51,375 bases of DNA from the IMG/VR virus record IMGVR_UViG_3300046719_000018, positions 1 to 51,375 of that record; one strand, given 5' to 3'. Under the pieces are notes generated by a model. It was not told the origin of the DNA, made no database searches, and worked only from the letters and a program-made list of their open reading frames with translations. Below, piece after piece: positions 43,622 through 51,375 of the stretch (within the stretch, counting starts at the first letter, position 1; each line of letters opens with the position of its first letter). The DNA is from a virus. Its lineage: Duplodnaviria > Caudoviricetes. Made by a program: the position numbers and the translations under genes.

Positions 43622-43962
43622 GTGTTGCGCCGCAGCCAGTCGGCCGTAGGCATGTCCACGAGAATCGAGGCGTAGCTCTTGGTAACCGAGCTGCCATCCT
43701 GGAGCGTGAGCGTCACATGAACGTCCGTTTTCGCGTCCGTCTCGAACATGCTCTCGCTGTCACCGCCGCCCACGGGAACAGACAGGCGGCGGAGCACAGT
43801 CCCAGTAGCGCCACCGTCGCGGAACTCGGCCCATGCCCCCTCGGCTTTGGAGACGAGCCGGAAGCCGTAGACCTTGCAGCCGCGAACGACCGGGGGAGAC
43901 GCGCTACCGTCCCCGACGAGGTATCCGGTGGCGGTAGCGACGATCTCCTTACATTCCGGCAC
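43618..43962 (-). CDS. Putative virion structural protein
   Basis: 114 aa beta-rich. Confidence 0.55.
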   Translation of the reverse strand: MPECKEIVATATGYLVGDGSASPPVVRGCKVYGFRLVSKAEGAWAEFRDGGATGTVLRRLSVPVGGGDSESMFETDAKTDVHVTLTLQDGSSVTKSYASILVDMPTADWLRRNT

Positions 43963-44357
43963 TACGTGCGCTCCTCGCCGAGTGCAGGGCGAAGCGTGAG
44001 CACGCCGTTCGCGTCTGTGACGGTTGCGCTCGGCGCCGAGGTTTTCACCTCGACGGTATCCCCGGTGACGATCTTCGCGGTCGAAAGGAACGTCCCAGCG
44101 ATGGGGGTGTCGGCCGCGGTTGCATACGGCTTGACCAGCATCACCGTGACGCCGTTCACGAGCACATCAACCTCGAACGTCCCAGACGCGATTGTCTGCG
44201 GAGAGACGGTGATGTCCACGAAACGGTACGCCCGCAGCGCCTTGAAGAAGAGAAGCCGGGACGAAGCAGTGACGCTCCCGAACTTGTTGATCGGGAACTC
44301 GTGCTTCGCGTAGTCCGGAGCGGTGTCACGATTCAGATGCTGGTCGTAGGTAGCCAT
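43962..44357 (-). CDS. Putative capsid decoration/minor structural protein
   Basis: 131 aa beta-rich, downstream of MCP. Confidence 0.5.
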   Translation of the reverse strand: MATYDQHLNRDTAPDYAKHEFPINKFGSVTASSRLLFFKALRAYRFVDITVSPQTIASGTFEVDVLVNGVTVMLVKPYATAADTPIAGTFLSTAKIVTGDTVEVKTSAPSATVTDANGVLTLRPALGEERT

Positions 44358-44361
44358 CCGA

Positions 44362-44604
44362 TCACCCCATCTTGTGAGTCAGGATGATCAGGTTGTTCCC
44401 AGCCGGCGGAGAGGGGCTCGCGATGACGGTGATCGCCGTGGTGGTCTTGCTCACCTCGACGAACGAGCCGAACGTAGGCTCGACGAGCACGGTGTACTCG
44501 TCCACGCTGTTGAACGTGAGGCCGGGGAACTCGTTCGCCAGGGTGATGGTCCCAGACCCGACGAGCTTGATCCGGGCGATGCGATGGATCGCGACTTCAG
44601 CCAT
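44362..44604 (-). CDS. Small structural protein
   Basis: 80 aa; AGGAGG RBS; directly after MCP. Confidence 0.55.
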   Translation of the reverse strand: MAEVAIHRIARIKLVGSGTITLANEFPGLTFNSVDEYTVLVEPTFGSFVEVSKTTTAITVIASPSPPAGNNLIILTHKMG

Positions 44605-44613
44605 TTCCCCCTC

Positions 44614-45876
44614 CTACCCGATTCCCTTGATCGCCCACTGCGACATCGGCCTCTTGTTGCCGAGGTTCCAGGTCGCGTAGAAGATCGCGCAGTAGGCGAG
44701 GAACTGGTTGATCCACTTGAACACGCCCTCGCCCTTGTCCAGCCAGCGCGGCATCGTGCGGTACCCGAGGAAGAAGCTCGACCAGTCGAGGCCCCAGGCG
44801 ATGCCCTTGGGACACTCCACGTCGCCGATGCACGGGACCGAGCGCTTGTTGAACACCATGCCGAGCGCCTGGAACCCGCCGGTCAGCGTCACGCCCTTGA
44901 TCGACTCGACGGGCATCAGCGCCTGCCGGTTGACCTTGAGCTGGTTGAAGTAGAGCTGTTCCGTGCGGAGGTCGTAGAGGATCACGTCCGTAGACGCGCC
45001 GCCCTTCGTCCGCTCCGCAACCTCGATCATCCGCGTCTGGAACCCGGACTCGAGATTCTGCGTGCCCCACGTCCGCTCGACGTTGCCCTGCCAGTAGGCG
45101 TTGCCCGCAGTGTTGCGGTTCAGCCCGTGCCAAGAGGCATACTCCACGCCGTCGTCCACCGCTTCCGGGAAGCCGTTCGGCATCCGGTTCTTGCTGGTCT
45201 CCGTCTTGGAGCCCCAGAAGAGGTAGTCGTTCGCCGTGAGGTCGGAAGCGTTGGTGAACGTCACCTGGATGTTCGGACCGTCGATCGCGGTCACGATTCC
45301 GGAGAACGAACGCTCCGCGTCGTAGCCCACGAGGTTGGCCGAGGCCGACATCTCGCCACCCTGGAACAGGTAGCGCGTCCCGAAGCCCTTGCCGCCGGTC
45401 TCGCCCTCGTCGTAGAGCGTCGCCACGTTGCCGACGACGGTCTTGACGCGGGCCACCGCGCCGGTCGAATCGTTCCAGAACGAGATCGAGGACTTGTACC
45501 GGAAGCCCTCCATCGTGTCGGTCATCAACTCCGTGGCCGACTCGACGAAGGCGTCGCGGTCGGTCGCCGACGCTTCCTCGCCCTCGATGTCGAACTCCAT
45601 CTGGCTCGACACCTTCGCCATGGTGAGCTCGACCTCTTCCCACTTCGGAACACCGGGACCGGCAACGCGCTCGGACCCGAGCATCCCGCGGAACGAGGGG
45701 TTCATCGCGGTCTTGAGGCTGAACAGCATGTGACGGCCACCGCGCTTGACGGTGCCCGCTTCGCGCATGAGGTTGGTCAGCGCGAAAGTGGTGGTGAATA
45801 CCTGCTTCGCCACCCTGTCGAAGATGTGGTTGTACTTCAGCACCTTCTCGAGGGCGACTACGTTCTGTTGCGCCAT
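44614..45876 (-). CDS. Major capsid protein (probable HK97 fold)
   Basis: 420 aa after portal and scaffold; AGGAG RBS; strong GC3 bias; GLNR....YWQG and terminal IKGI motifs. Confidence 0.8.
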   Translation of the reverse strand: MAQQNVVALEKVLKYNHIFDRVAKQVFTTTFALTNLMREAGTVKRGGRHMLFSLKTAMNPSFRGMLGSERVAGPGVPKWEEVELTMAKVSSQMEFDIEGEEASATDRDAFVESATELMTDTMEGFRYKSSISFWNDSTGAVARVKTVVGNVATLYDEGETGGKGFGTRYLFQGGEMSASANLVGYDAERSFSGIVTAIDGPNIQVTFTNASDLTANDYLFWGSKTETSKNRMPNGFPEAVDDGVEYASWHGLNRNTAGNAYWQGNVERTWGTQNLESGFQTRMIEVAERTKGGASTDVILYDLRTEQLYFNQLKVNRQALMPVESIKGVTLTGGFQALGMVFNKRSVPCIGDVECPKGIAWGLDWSSFFLGYRTMPRWLDKGEGVFKWINQFLAYCAIFYATWNLGNKRPMSQWAIKGIG

Positions 45877-45882
45877 CGGTTG

Positions 45883-46773
45883 TTACTCCTGCGTAGCAGT
45901 GCGCTCCCAACTCGGCTTCAGCAGCCTGGCGACGAGCTTGAAGTCCCGCGCCTTGAACGCTGCATCCAGCTCCGTATCCTTCGCGGCCTGCGATGCGGTT
46001 GGGATCCCACCGCCACCACCGCCACCGTTCTGCGGAAGTTGAGGCTTCGGCTCGTGGCCGAGTGCCTTTGCGTGGCGAGCCCAGCGAGCGAGAACGGCTG
46101 AGCCAGCCCGATCCACGCCCACGGGACCGGCATACCGCTCCGGGTCACCTTCGATGAGGCCGTTGACTTCCTCGACGAAGGACTCCGGATCGTTTGCTGC
46201 CGCCGCGTTCTTCCGCGCGAACTTGTCGATGAGGGCCGACCGCTCGAGTGCAGTCAGGGCTCCCGTGGTGAGGTTCCGTGCCTCGTTGGCGGTGTTACCC
46301 GCGGTCGTGACCTGCGACTTGACCGCATCGAACTCCGTCATCAGGCGACGCGCCCAAGAGGGCATCTCTTCGCCGGCTCCCTCCGAACCGTACCCAGCCT
46401 GCTCCCCATCGGGCTGGCCCTCCGGCTGCTGCACCTCGAGAATGCGCCGGAGCTTCCGACGCCCTTCCGAAGATGCCGCGATACCGGCGAACCATCGCTG
46501 CCCGATCTCGTCGCCGTGACGCTGCTCGAACTCGCGCATCTGTTTCGCGCGACCATCGGCGGAGTGGGTGTAGGCAAGTTTGGTCAGGATGTCGCTGAGC
46601 TTCTCCCTGCTGTATCCCTTTTCCTTGAGCTCGCGGTAGAAGGACACATCCGGGTCTTGCTCGAAAGACGCCTGCTCGGCGCCCCCTGGCGTGTTTGGCT
46701 GCGCCTCACCGGCGCTCGCCCCGGACCCCGCTGCCTGTTCGGCAACGTCTCCCGGCATTCCTGGACTGCTCAT
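45883..46773 (-). CDS. Putative capsid scaffolding protein
   Basis: Acidic disordered N-terminus, helical core, between portal and MCP. Confidence 0.65.
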   Translation of the reverse strand: MSSPGMPGDVAEQAAGSGASAGEAQPNTPGGAEQASFEQDPDVSFYRELKEKGYSREKLSDILTKLAYTHSADGRAKQMREFEQRHGDEIGQRWFAGIAASSEGRRKLRRILEVQQPEGQPDGEQAGYGSEGAGEEMPSWARRLMTEFDAVKSQVTTAGNTANEARNLTTGALTALERSALIDKFARKNAAAANDPESFVEEVNGLIEGDPERYAGPVGVDRAGSAVLARWARHAKALGHEPKPQLPQNGGGGGGGIPTASQAAKDTELDAAFKARDFKLVARLLKPSWERTATQE

Positions 46774-49040
46774 TGAACGGCTCCCTGCTCTGGCTCCACC
46801 GGCGCTTGTTCACCGCCGGGCTGAACTCCCGCCATCGCGGCGAGAGCCCCCGGATCCGATCCGGGACGATTGAGAAGCACGTCGGCCGCCTTCTCGGTGA
46901 CCGATTTCTTCGCTGCCGCTTCTTGCTTGTTCTCGTAGTCCTGTTTCTGCACTGCGATGCCCTTCTGGAGCTGCTTGTCCTGCTCCTGCTCCATGGACTG
47001 CGTGCGCTTCTCGAGCGACGCATTGAGCTGCTGAAAGTAGTCGTCCATGAGCGCGACGACCTTCTTCGGCCAAAGCTCGAAGTCGTCATCGAGAATGCGC
47101 AGGCTCAATTCCTCGAGCAGCGGTGCAGGATCCCAGCGCGGATCGACCTTGACCGGCTTCTGGTCGAAGATGATCCGGTCCTGATTCAGCTCGGCGCGGC
47201 GCCGTTCCTTCGAGAACTCCCCTTCCACCTCGGTCAGGTTCGGGAAGTTGATCCAGCGCAGGAGCTGCGCGCGCATCTTTTCGGTCATGTTCTGCGGAGG
47301 CCCGAACATCCCCTGTTGCAACAGTCCGAGCACGTTCTGAACGCGAGCGCTCGAGAGGTACTGGAGCATCGAGGTGGGCTGCACGAACACGCGGAATGCG
47401 TCGATCTGGAGCTTGTCCTTCTTGAACTCGAACACATGCGAGCGCTTCGACTCGCCCATCATCGCGACCATGGTGCCTTCGTTCTCGAACTGCTTCGCGA
47501 GGTCCAGGAGAAGCTCGCCCTGCTCCTGACGGGCCGAGGCGTGATCACGCACGATCGGCTGCTGGTCTACCGCGTCCGAGTCCTTCAGCATCGCGGCGTA
47601 CTCCGCCGCCGGGATGTTCTTCTGGTGCTGGCCGTACGACTCCGGGAACACCATCGCAACGCGCGACATGCCCTGCTCAGCCTGCGCCTTCAGCCCGAAC
47701 AGCTCGGGTGGAGCAGGAGGCGGAACGAGCCAGTGCGGCGGCGCGGAACCGGGCGCGTGCTCCATCTTGTGAAACCCCATCGCGATGTCCTCGGGGAGTC
47801 CGCTCCCCTTCTCAGCGACGAGGTTCGGGCCGCACAGAATCGCCGCCCAGGTCAACGAGTGCGACAGAGCGGAGTTGATCCGCATCTGCGGCTCACGAAG
47901 GTCAGACGCCCAAGGACGCGGCCAAAACTTGCCGGGACGGGGCAGGCCTGGATAGAGCTGGAAAGGAAGCCGGCCCCGGGACGACTGGAGCGGGGCAATG
48001 CCGAGTAGGCGCGTTCCACAGATGTGGATCTGAACGCCACGCTCCCAACCCGGGTACGGCGCCGGCTTCTGGTAGTACGTGAGCACCAGCAGGCGCCCGT
48101 CAGGGAACGCTCCGCTGTACTGAGTGGGCAGCCGCCCACCCGGCATCACGACTCCGTACCCCTCCGCCGGGCCAGGATCGAACTCCTCATCGTCCTTGAT
48201 GTTCCAGCGACGCCGAACGCTCGCCTCGGACTGCCAGGATTCCTCGATCACATAGTCGGCATTCTGGAACGACGGCTCGGTGAGGCCGACCTGGGGGAAG
48301 ATGCACCACGGGAGCATCCGGACGACGCGCATCTCGCCCTTGTGCCGAGGCAGCTTGTCGTACCACGTCGGCTTCGCATCTAGGACAGCATCCGGATCGA
48401 TGCGCTCCTCATAGATCTCGGGCTCCTTACTCTCCCGCTCCTTCTTGTCCTCCTTCTTCTCCTTCTCGTCCTTGCGCTTCTTGTAGCGTGGCGCGTACTC
48501 GTATTCGATCGTGCCAGCGCAGGGATCCCAGAACGTCTTTTCGATGCCCATACCGAACACGAGGCAGTCGAGGGCGGAGCGGTGCGCGAGCCGCGCGAGG
48601 TCGAGGTTCTTCGCGTAGACCATCAGGAGCTGTTTCGCGTCGCGAGCCGCAAGCTGCGATTCGTAGTCGCGGTTGAGCGCCACCGTGTCGTAGGCCGGCG
48701 GGTTCTGAACGATGCCTGCGGCGGCATGAGCCACGAGGCCGACCATGTGGTTCTCGGTGTACTTCTGCCCAGCGTTCACCGGCCGCGGCAGCAATTCCTC
48801 GAGCGCTTCGTTCCACCACAGCCACTGCCGGCTTTCGTGGACAAACTCGTAGTTGAGCGGCCACTCGCGCTGCTGGAGGTCGATCCTGTCGTTGTAGGAC
48901 GCCTCCTTCCGGCCCCAAACGTGCCGAACGAGGTCGTCGGGAGTGAAATCCGTCTTGGAGAGCGCCAGCTCATCCGAGATCGGACTCCCCGCGTCCACAT
49001 CCGTGGAGCGGTACCCCGACATGCTCGTGTGGACGCTCAT
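46770..49040 (-). CDS. Portal protein
   Basis: 756 aa; D..VFGMG..K..WD, PF..Y, L..PQ..IN, C-terminal Q-rich barrel; follows the terminase. Confidence 0.85.
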   Translation of the reverse strand: MSVHTSMSGYRSTDVDAGSPISDELALSKTDFTPDDLVRHVWGRKEASYNDRIDLQQREWPLNYEFVHESRQWLWWNEALEELLPRPVNAGQKYTENHMVGLVAHAAAGIVQNPPAYDTVALNRDYESQLAARDAKQLLMVYAKNLDLARLAHRSALDCLVFGMGIEKTFWDPCAGTIEYEYAPRYKKRKDEKEKKEDKKERESKEPEIYEERIDPDAVLDAKPTWYDKLPRHKGEMRVVRMLPWCIFPQVGLTEPSFQNADYVIEESWQSEASVRRRWNIKDDEEFDPGPAEGYGVVMPGGRLPTQYSGAFPDGRLLVLTYYQKPAPYPGWERGVQIHICGTRLLGIAPLQSSRGRLPFQLYPGLPRPGKFWPRPWASDLREPQMRINSALSHSLTWAAILCGPNLVAEKGSGLPEDIAMGFHKMEHAPGSAPPHWLVPPPAPPELFGLKAQAEQGMSRVAMVFPESYGQHQKNIPAAEYAAMLKDSDAVDQQPIVRDHASARQEQGELLLDLAKQFENEGTMVAMMGESKRSHVFEFKKDKLQIDAFRVFVQPTSMLQYLSSARVQNVLGLLQQGMFGPPQNMTEKMRAQLLRWINFPNLTEVEGEFSKERRRAELNQDRIIFDQKPVKVDPRWDPAPLLEELSLRILDDDFELWPKKVVALMDDYFQQLNASLEKRTQSMEQEQDKQLQKGIAVQKQDYENKQEAAAKKSVTEKAADVLLNRPGSDPGALAAMAGVQPGGEQAPVEPEQGAVQ

Positions 49041-49432
49041 CCGGCCATCCCCACGCGCTTCTTCGCGGTCTCGAGCCGCTCTTTCATCTCAGCCGCGCGG
49101 TCAGCGTCCCCACGCTCGGTCAGGATCTGCACCGCCTGCTCATACATCGCTACGTCGTCGGAACGAATGGCGAGTTGCGGCTCCGCCTGCTGCACCTTCT
49201 CCACGAAACCGTAGGAAACGCCGCGCGGAGTGAACGTGGCGGGGTCCGCATGGTGCGGAGCGACGCCCTTGACGAGCGTGAGCGCGATTTGTGCCTGCCG
49301 GGCGTGCTCCGCGAGCACCTTGTTCGCCTCACCGACCGCCTGGAGCGCTTCGCTGGTGGCGCGCCGGCCGCGGTGATCGAGCCACGCCATGAGCGAGCTC
49401 AGAATGAGCACGATCAGAAGCTCAGTGGACAT
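49037..49432 (-). CDS. Hypothetical protein with N-terminal TM segment
   Basis: MSTELLIVLILSSLMAWL; between TerL nuclease and portal. Confidence 0.55.
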   Translation of the reverse strand: MSTELLIVLILSSLMAWLDHRGRRATSEALQAVGEANKVLAEHARQAQIALTLVKGVAPHHADPATFTPRGVSYGFVEKVQQAEPQLAIRSDDVAMYEQAVQILTERGDADRAAEMKERLETAKKRVGMAG

Positions 49433-50561
49433 AGATCCCGCCTGCGGCTTTGCTGCGTGGAAGTCTGGTGATCCGGATTGCTCCAGCGTCACCTCGACCA
49501 GCCTCTGCGCTTGCGGCATCCGCCTCCATCTCCTCGAGTTCCATGAGTTCCTCGAAGGTGTCATGGCCGAACCGGCGCCGCTTCAGTGCGTCCATGCGCG
49601 CGTCCCGCATCGCCTCTTCGATGTTCTCCGGAGGATCCCAGGCCATCGTCCTGAGCACGTACCTGAGAGCGTCCGCCGCGTGGTCTGGCATCTTCACCGA
49701 CTTCTCCGGCGTCTCGAGCAACGGGTTGAGCGGCTTCGCCCGAACCATCTTCTCGAGCTGCGCCTCAAGTTCGATCGAGGCCCCCTCCATCAGGTACACG
49801 AGCGGCCGACCCTTGACCGGAACGTGGCAGCGCGTGCATTCGCTCACCGCCTGCTCGTCCTGCTGCTGGTACTGGAGCGTCCCGCAGTGGAAGAAGCTCG
49901 GGAACAGCCCGGAGTTGACGTGCGACTCCGACGCCTGGAGCCGCTGCATCGCGGTCTTGTGCGTGTTCGTCGCGATGTAGATGGGGAACGGATCGCGAGC
50001 GTAGAAGGCGACGTAGGCCGCGCCCGATGGGTCGCCCACAATCCGCTCCAGGTAGCGCTCGAGGCCCGTGATCAGCAACTCCGGCATCTCGACGCTGCGA
50101 TGCTTCGCGATGATCTCGTACACCCGCCGCTTCACGTCGTCGCTGATGCCGCGTGGCTGATAGATGCTGTCGAACACGTACACGCGGCGCGAGATCGGAT
50201 CCTGCGCAACGAACAGGAAGCACGTCGCGTTCGTCTGGCCGAAGTCCACGCCGACGCTGATGGGCCAGTCGGCCGGGATCGGAAACCGAGGAACGACGTT
50301 GCGCGAACGCTGGAACGCCCAGTAGGTGCGCTCGCCATCCGTCGCGTCCGGATCGCCTTCGTACTCCCGGAGCCACTTCGCCGAGTTCATCCCCCCGGCG
50401 TAATCGCTCGATACCTGCTTGGCCCACTCGTGCTGCTTCGTCGGGTCGGCGCTGTAGTGAATGAACATCACCAAAGCACCATTCGCCGTGCGGTACTGTG
50501 CGACACCGCGGAAGGGAGATGTGATCTCCGCCTCGGTCCTGACGACGCCGCGAACGGCCAT
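49422..50561 (-). CDS. terL: Terminase large subunit, C-terminal RNase H-like nuclease portion (split gene)
   Basis: GVDFGQTNAT, YVFDSIY, GDPSG, DHAADALRY; no Walker motifs. Confidence 0.85.
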   Translation of the reverse strand: MAVRGVVRTEAEITSPFRGVAQYRTANGALVMFIHYSADPTKQHEWAKQVSSDYAGGMNSAKWLREYEGDPDATDGERTYWAFQRSRNVVPRFPIPADWPISVGVDFGQTNATCFLFVAQDPISRRVYVFDSIYQPRGISDDVKRRVYEIIAKHRSVEMPELLITGLERYLERIVGDPSGAAYVAFYARDPFPIYIATNTHKTAMQRLQASESHVNSGLFPSFFHCGTLQYQQQDEQAVSECTRCHVPVKGRPLVYLMEGASIELEAQLEKMVRAKPLNPLLETPEKSVKMPDHAADALRYVLRTMAWDPPENIEEAMRDARMDALKRRRFGHDTFEELMELEEMEADAASAEAGRGDAGAIRITRLPRSKAAGGIYVH

Positions 50562-51004
50562 CAGAACACCTCGGTATCGGGAATCGTGGTGACGGTGAGA
50601 TCCTCGCCGCCCGGGTAGATCGCGTAATCCTCGGGAGTCTCCCCTCGCCAGAAGCGGTAACCTCCCGTCGTCGGATTCGTAACCGCGATCGGCGTCACGA
50701 CACCCTGAGAGTCCACCTCGTATCCGTCATCCGTGGTGATGAACAGCGCCGGAACGTCAACCACATCGGTCCCGTTCCACAAAACCGACATGGTGAGCCC
50801 GCCCGTCGGGAACAGCAGCAGGAACAGACGCGCATCCGCAGAGGGAATGGCAAGCAAGAGCTTCGTCTGTCCGGAGAGGCCACCCTGCTGCGGAGCGGCA
50901 CCGATCTCATAGGTCACAGTGGAGCGAGGCACCACCTCGCCTCGTTCGCCATCAGCGGAGTACGAGATGAACAGTTCATCAATGACCGTAACGCGGGTGT
51001 TCAT
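50561..51004 (-). CDS. Hypothetical beta-rich protein between the terminase halves
   Basis: 147 aa, coupled on both sides. Confidence 0.65.
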   Translation of the reverse strand: MNTRVTVIDELFISYSADGERGEVVPRSTVTYEIGAAPQQGGLSGQTKLLLAIPSADARLFLLLFPTGGLTMSVLWNGTDVVDVPALFITTDDGYEVDSQGVVTPIAVTNPTTGGYRFWRGETPEDYAIYPGGEDLTVTTIPDTEVF

Positions 51005-51375
51005 ATGAACCGCCCGTAGCTCACGATGCCGATCGCGCTCCGACCGGAGCTATTCGAGAACGCGATTGCAGGACACGAGCCGACCGACCAAGGCCCATGG
51101 CCGACACGCCACACCTGGAAGTGGAGCGGCTTGACCGTCCAGGTTGGCCCAACCTGCGGCGAAGCCGCGGTGGGAACCGCTGCATCGACGATCCAGAACT
51201 GAAACTCATCCTTCTGGCGCACGCGGAGGTCAACGAAGTAGCCAGAGCCGGGCGGCGCCGACTCTACTTGCCAATCGAGCACGGCATACCCGCTGGTACC
51301 ATCAGCAACACTCAGAGGGATGCTCGCCTTCCTGGAGCAGTGGATGATCAGGTCATCGACAGACACGCCCCTGAG
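51001..51375 (-). CDS. 3' part of the origin-spanning hypothetical protein (starts at 193)
   Basis: Open frame across the circular junction. Confidence 0.7.
   Translation of the reverse strand, partial: LRGVSVDDLIIHCSRKASIPLSVADGTSGYAVLDWQVESAPPGSGYFVDLRVRQKDEFQFWIVDAAVPTAASPQVGPTWTVKPLHFQVWRVGHGPWSVGSCPAIAFSNSSGRSAIGIVSYGRFI
51249..51375. repeat. 127-bp exact terminal overlap (copy 2)
   Basis: Identical to 1-127. Confidence 0.95.

Noticed and set aside
27741-48008. Long plus-strand ORFs antisense to structural genes (e.g. 27741..29894, 44374..46101, 46695..48008)
   Set aside because: Shadow ORFs expected from high GC3 bias; no motifs or RBS

Overview
The window is an apparently complete, circularly assembled, high-GC dsDNA tailed phage genome of about 51,248 bp; bases 1-127 are repeated exactly at 51249-51375. 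It is podovirus-like: no tape measure, tail tube or sheath gene is recognisable. The plus-strand arm (about 4.85-24.0 kb) carries early genes (DUF932-like protein, tyrosine recombinase, XRE regulator) and replication/recombination genes (SSB-like, Cas4-like nuclease, initiator with TGTGTCC iterons). It also has two methyltransferase-like genes and a terminal five-gene glycosyltransferase/radical-SAM cluster. The minus-strand arm runs from about 4.7 kb through the origin to 24.1 kb. It carries a GT17 glycosyltransferase, terminase, portal, scaffold, major capsid, adaptor/tail proteins, an SLH protein, collagen and LamG proteins, ejection-like proteins and a GH108 lysis cassette. Main oddities: (1) about six glycosyltransferase domains plus a radical SAM enzyme, possibly a virion-glycan pathway; (2) an in-frame TGA followed by a SECIS-like hairpin, a candidate phage selenoprotein; (3) a large terminase split into two genes by three intervening ORFs; (4) a tRNA-like fold at the end of the late arm; (5) three promoters with leaderless geometry; (6) methyltransferase genes bracketed by direct repeats; (7) eight TQP[M/I] motifs in an ejection-like protein. 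All family assignments come from motif recognition by eye; no database search was run.
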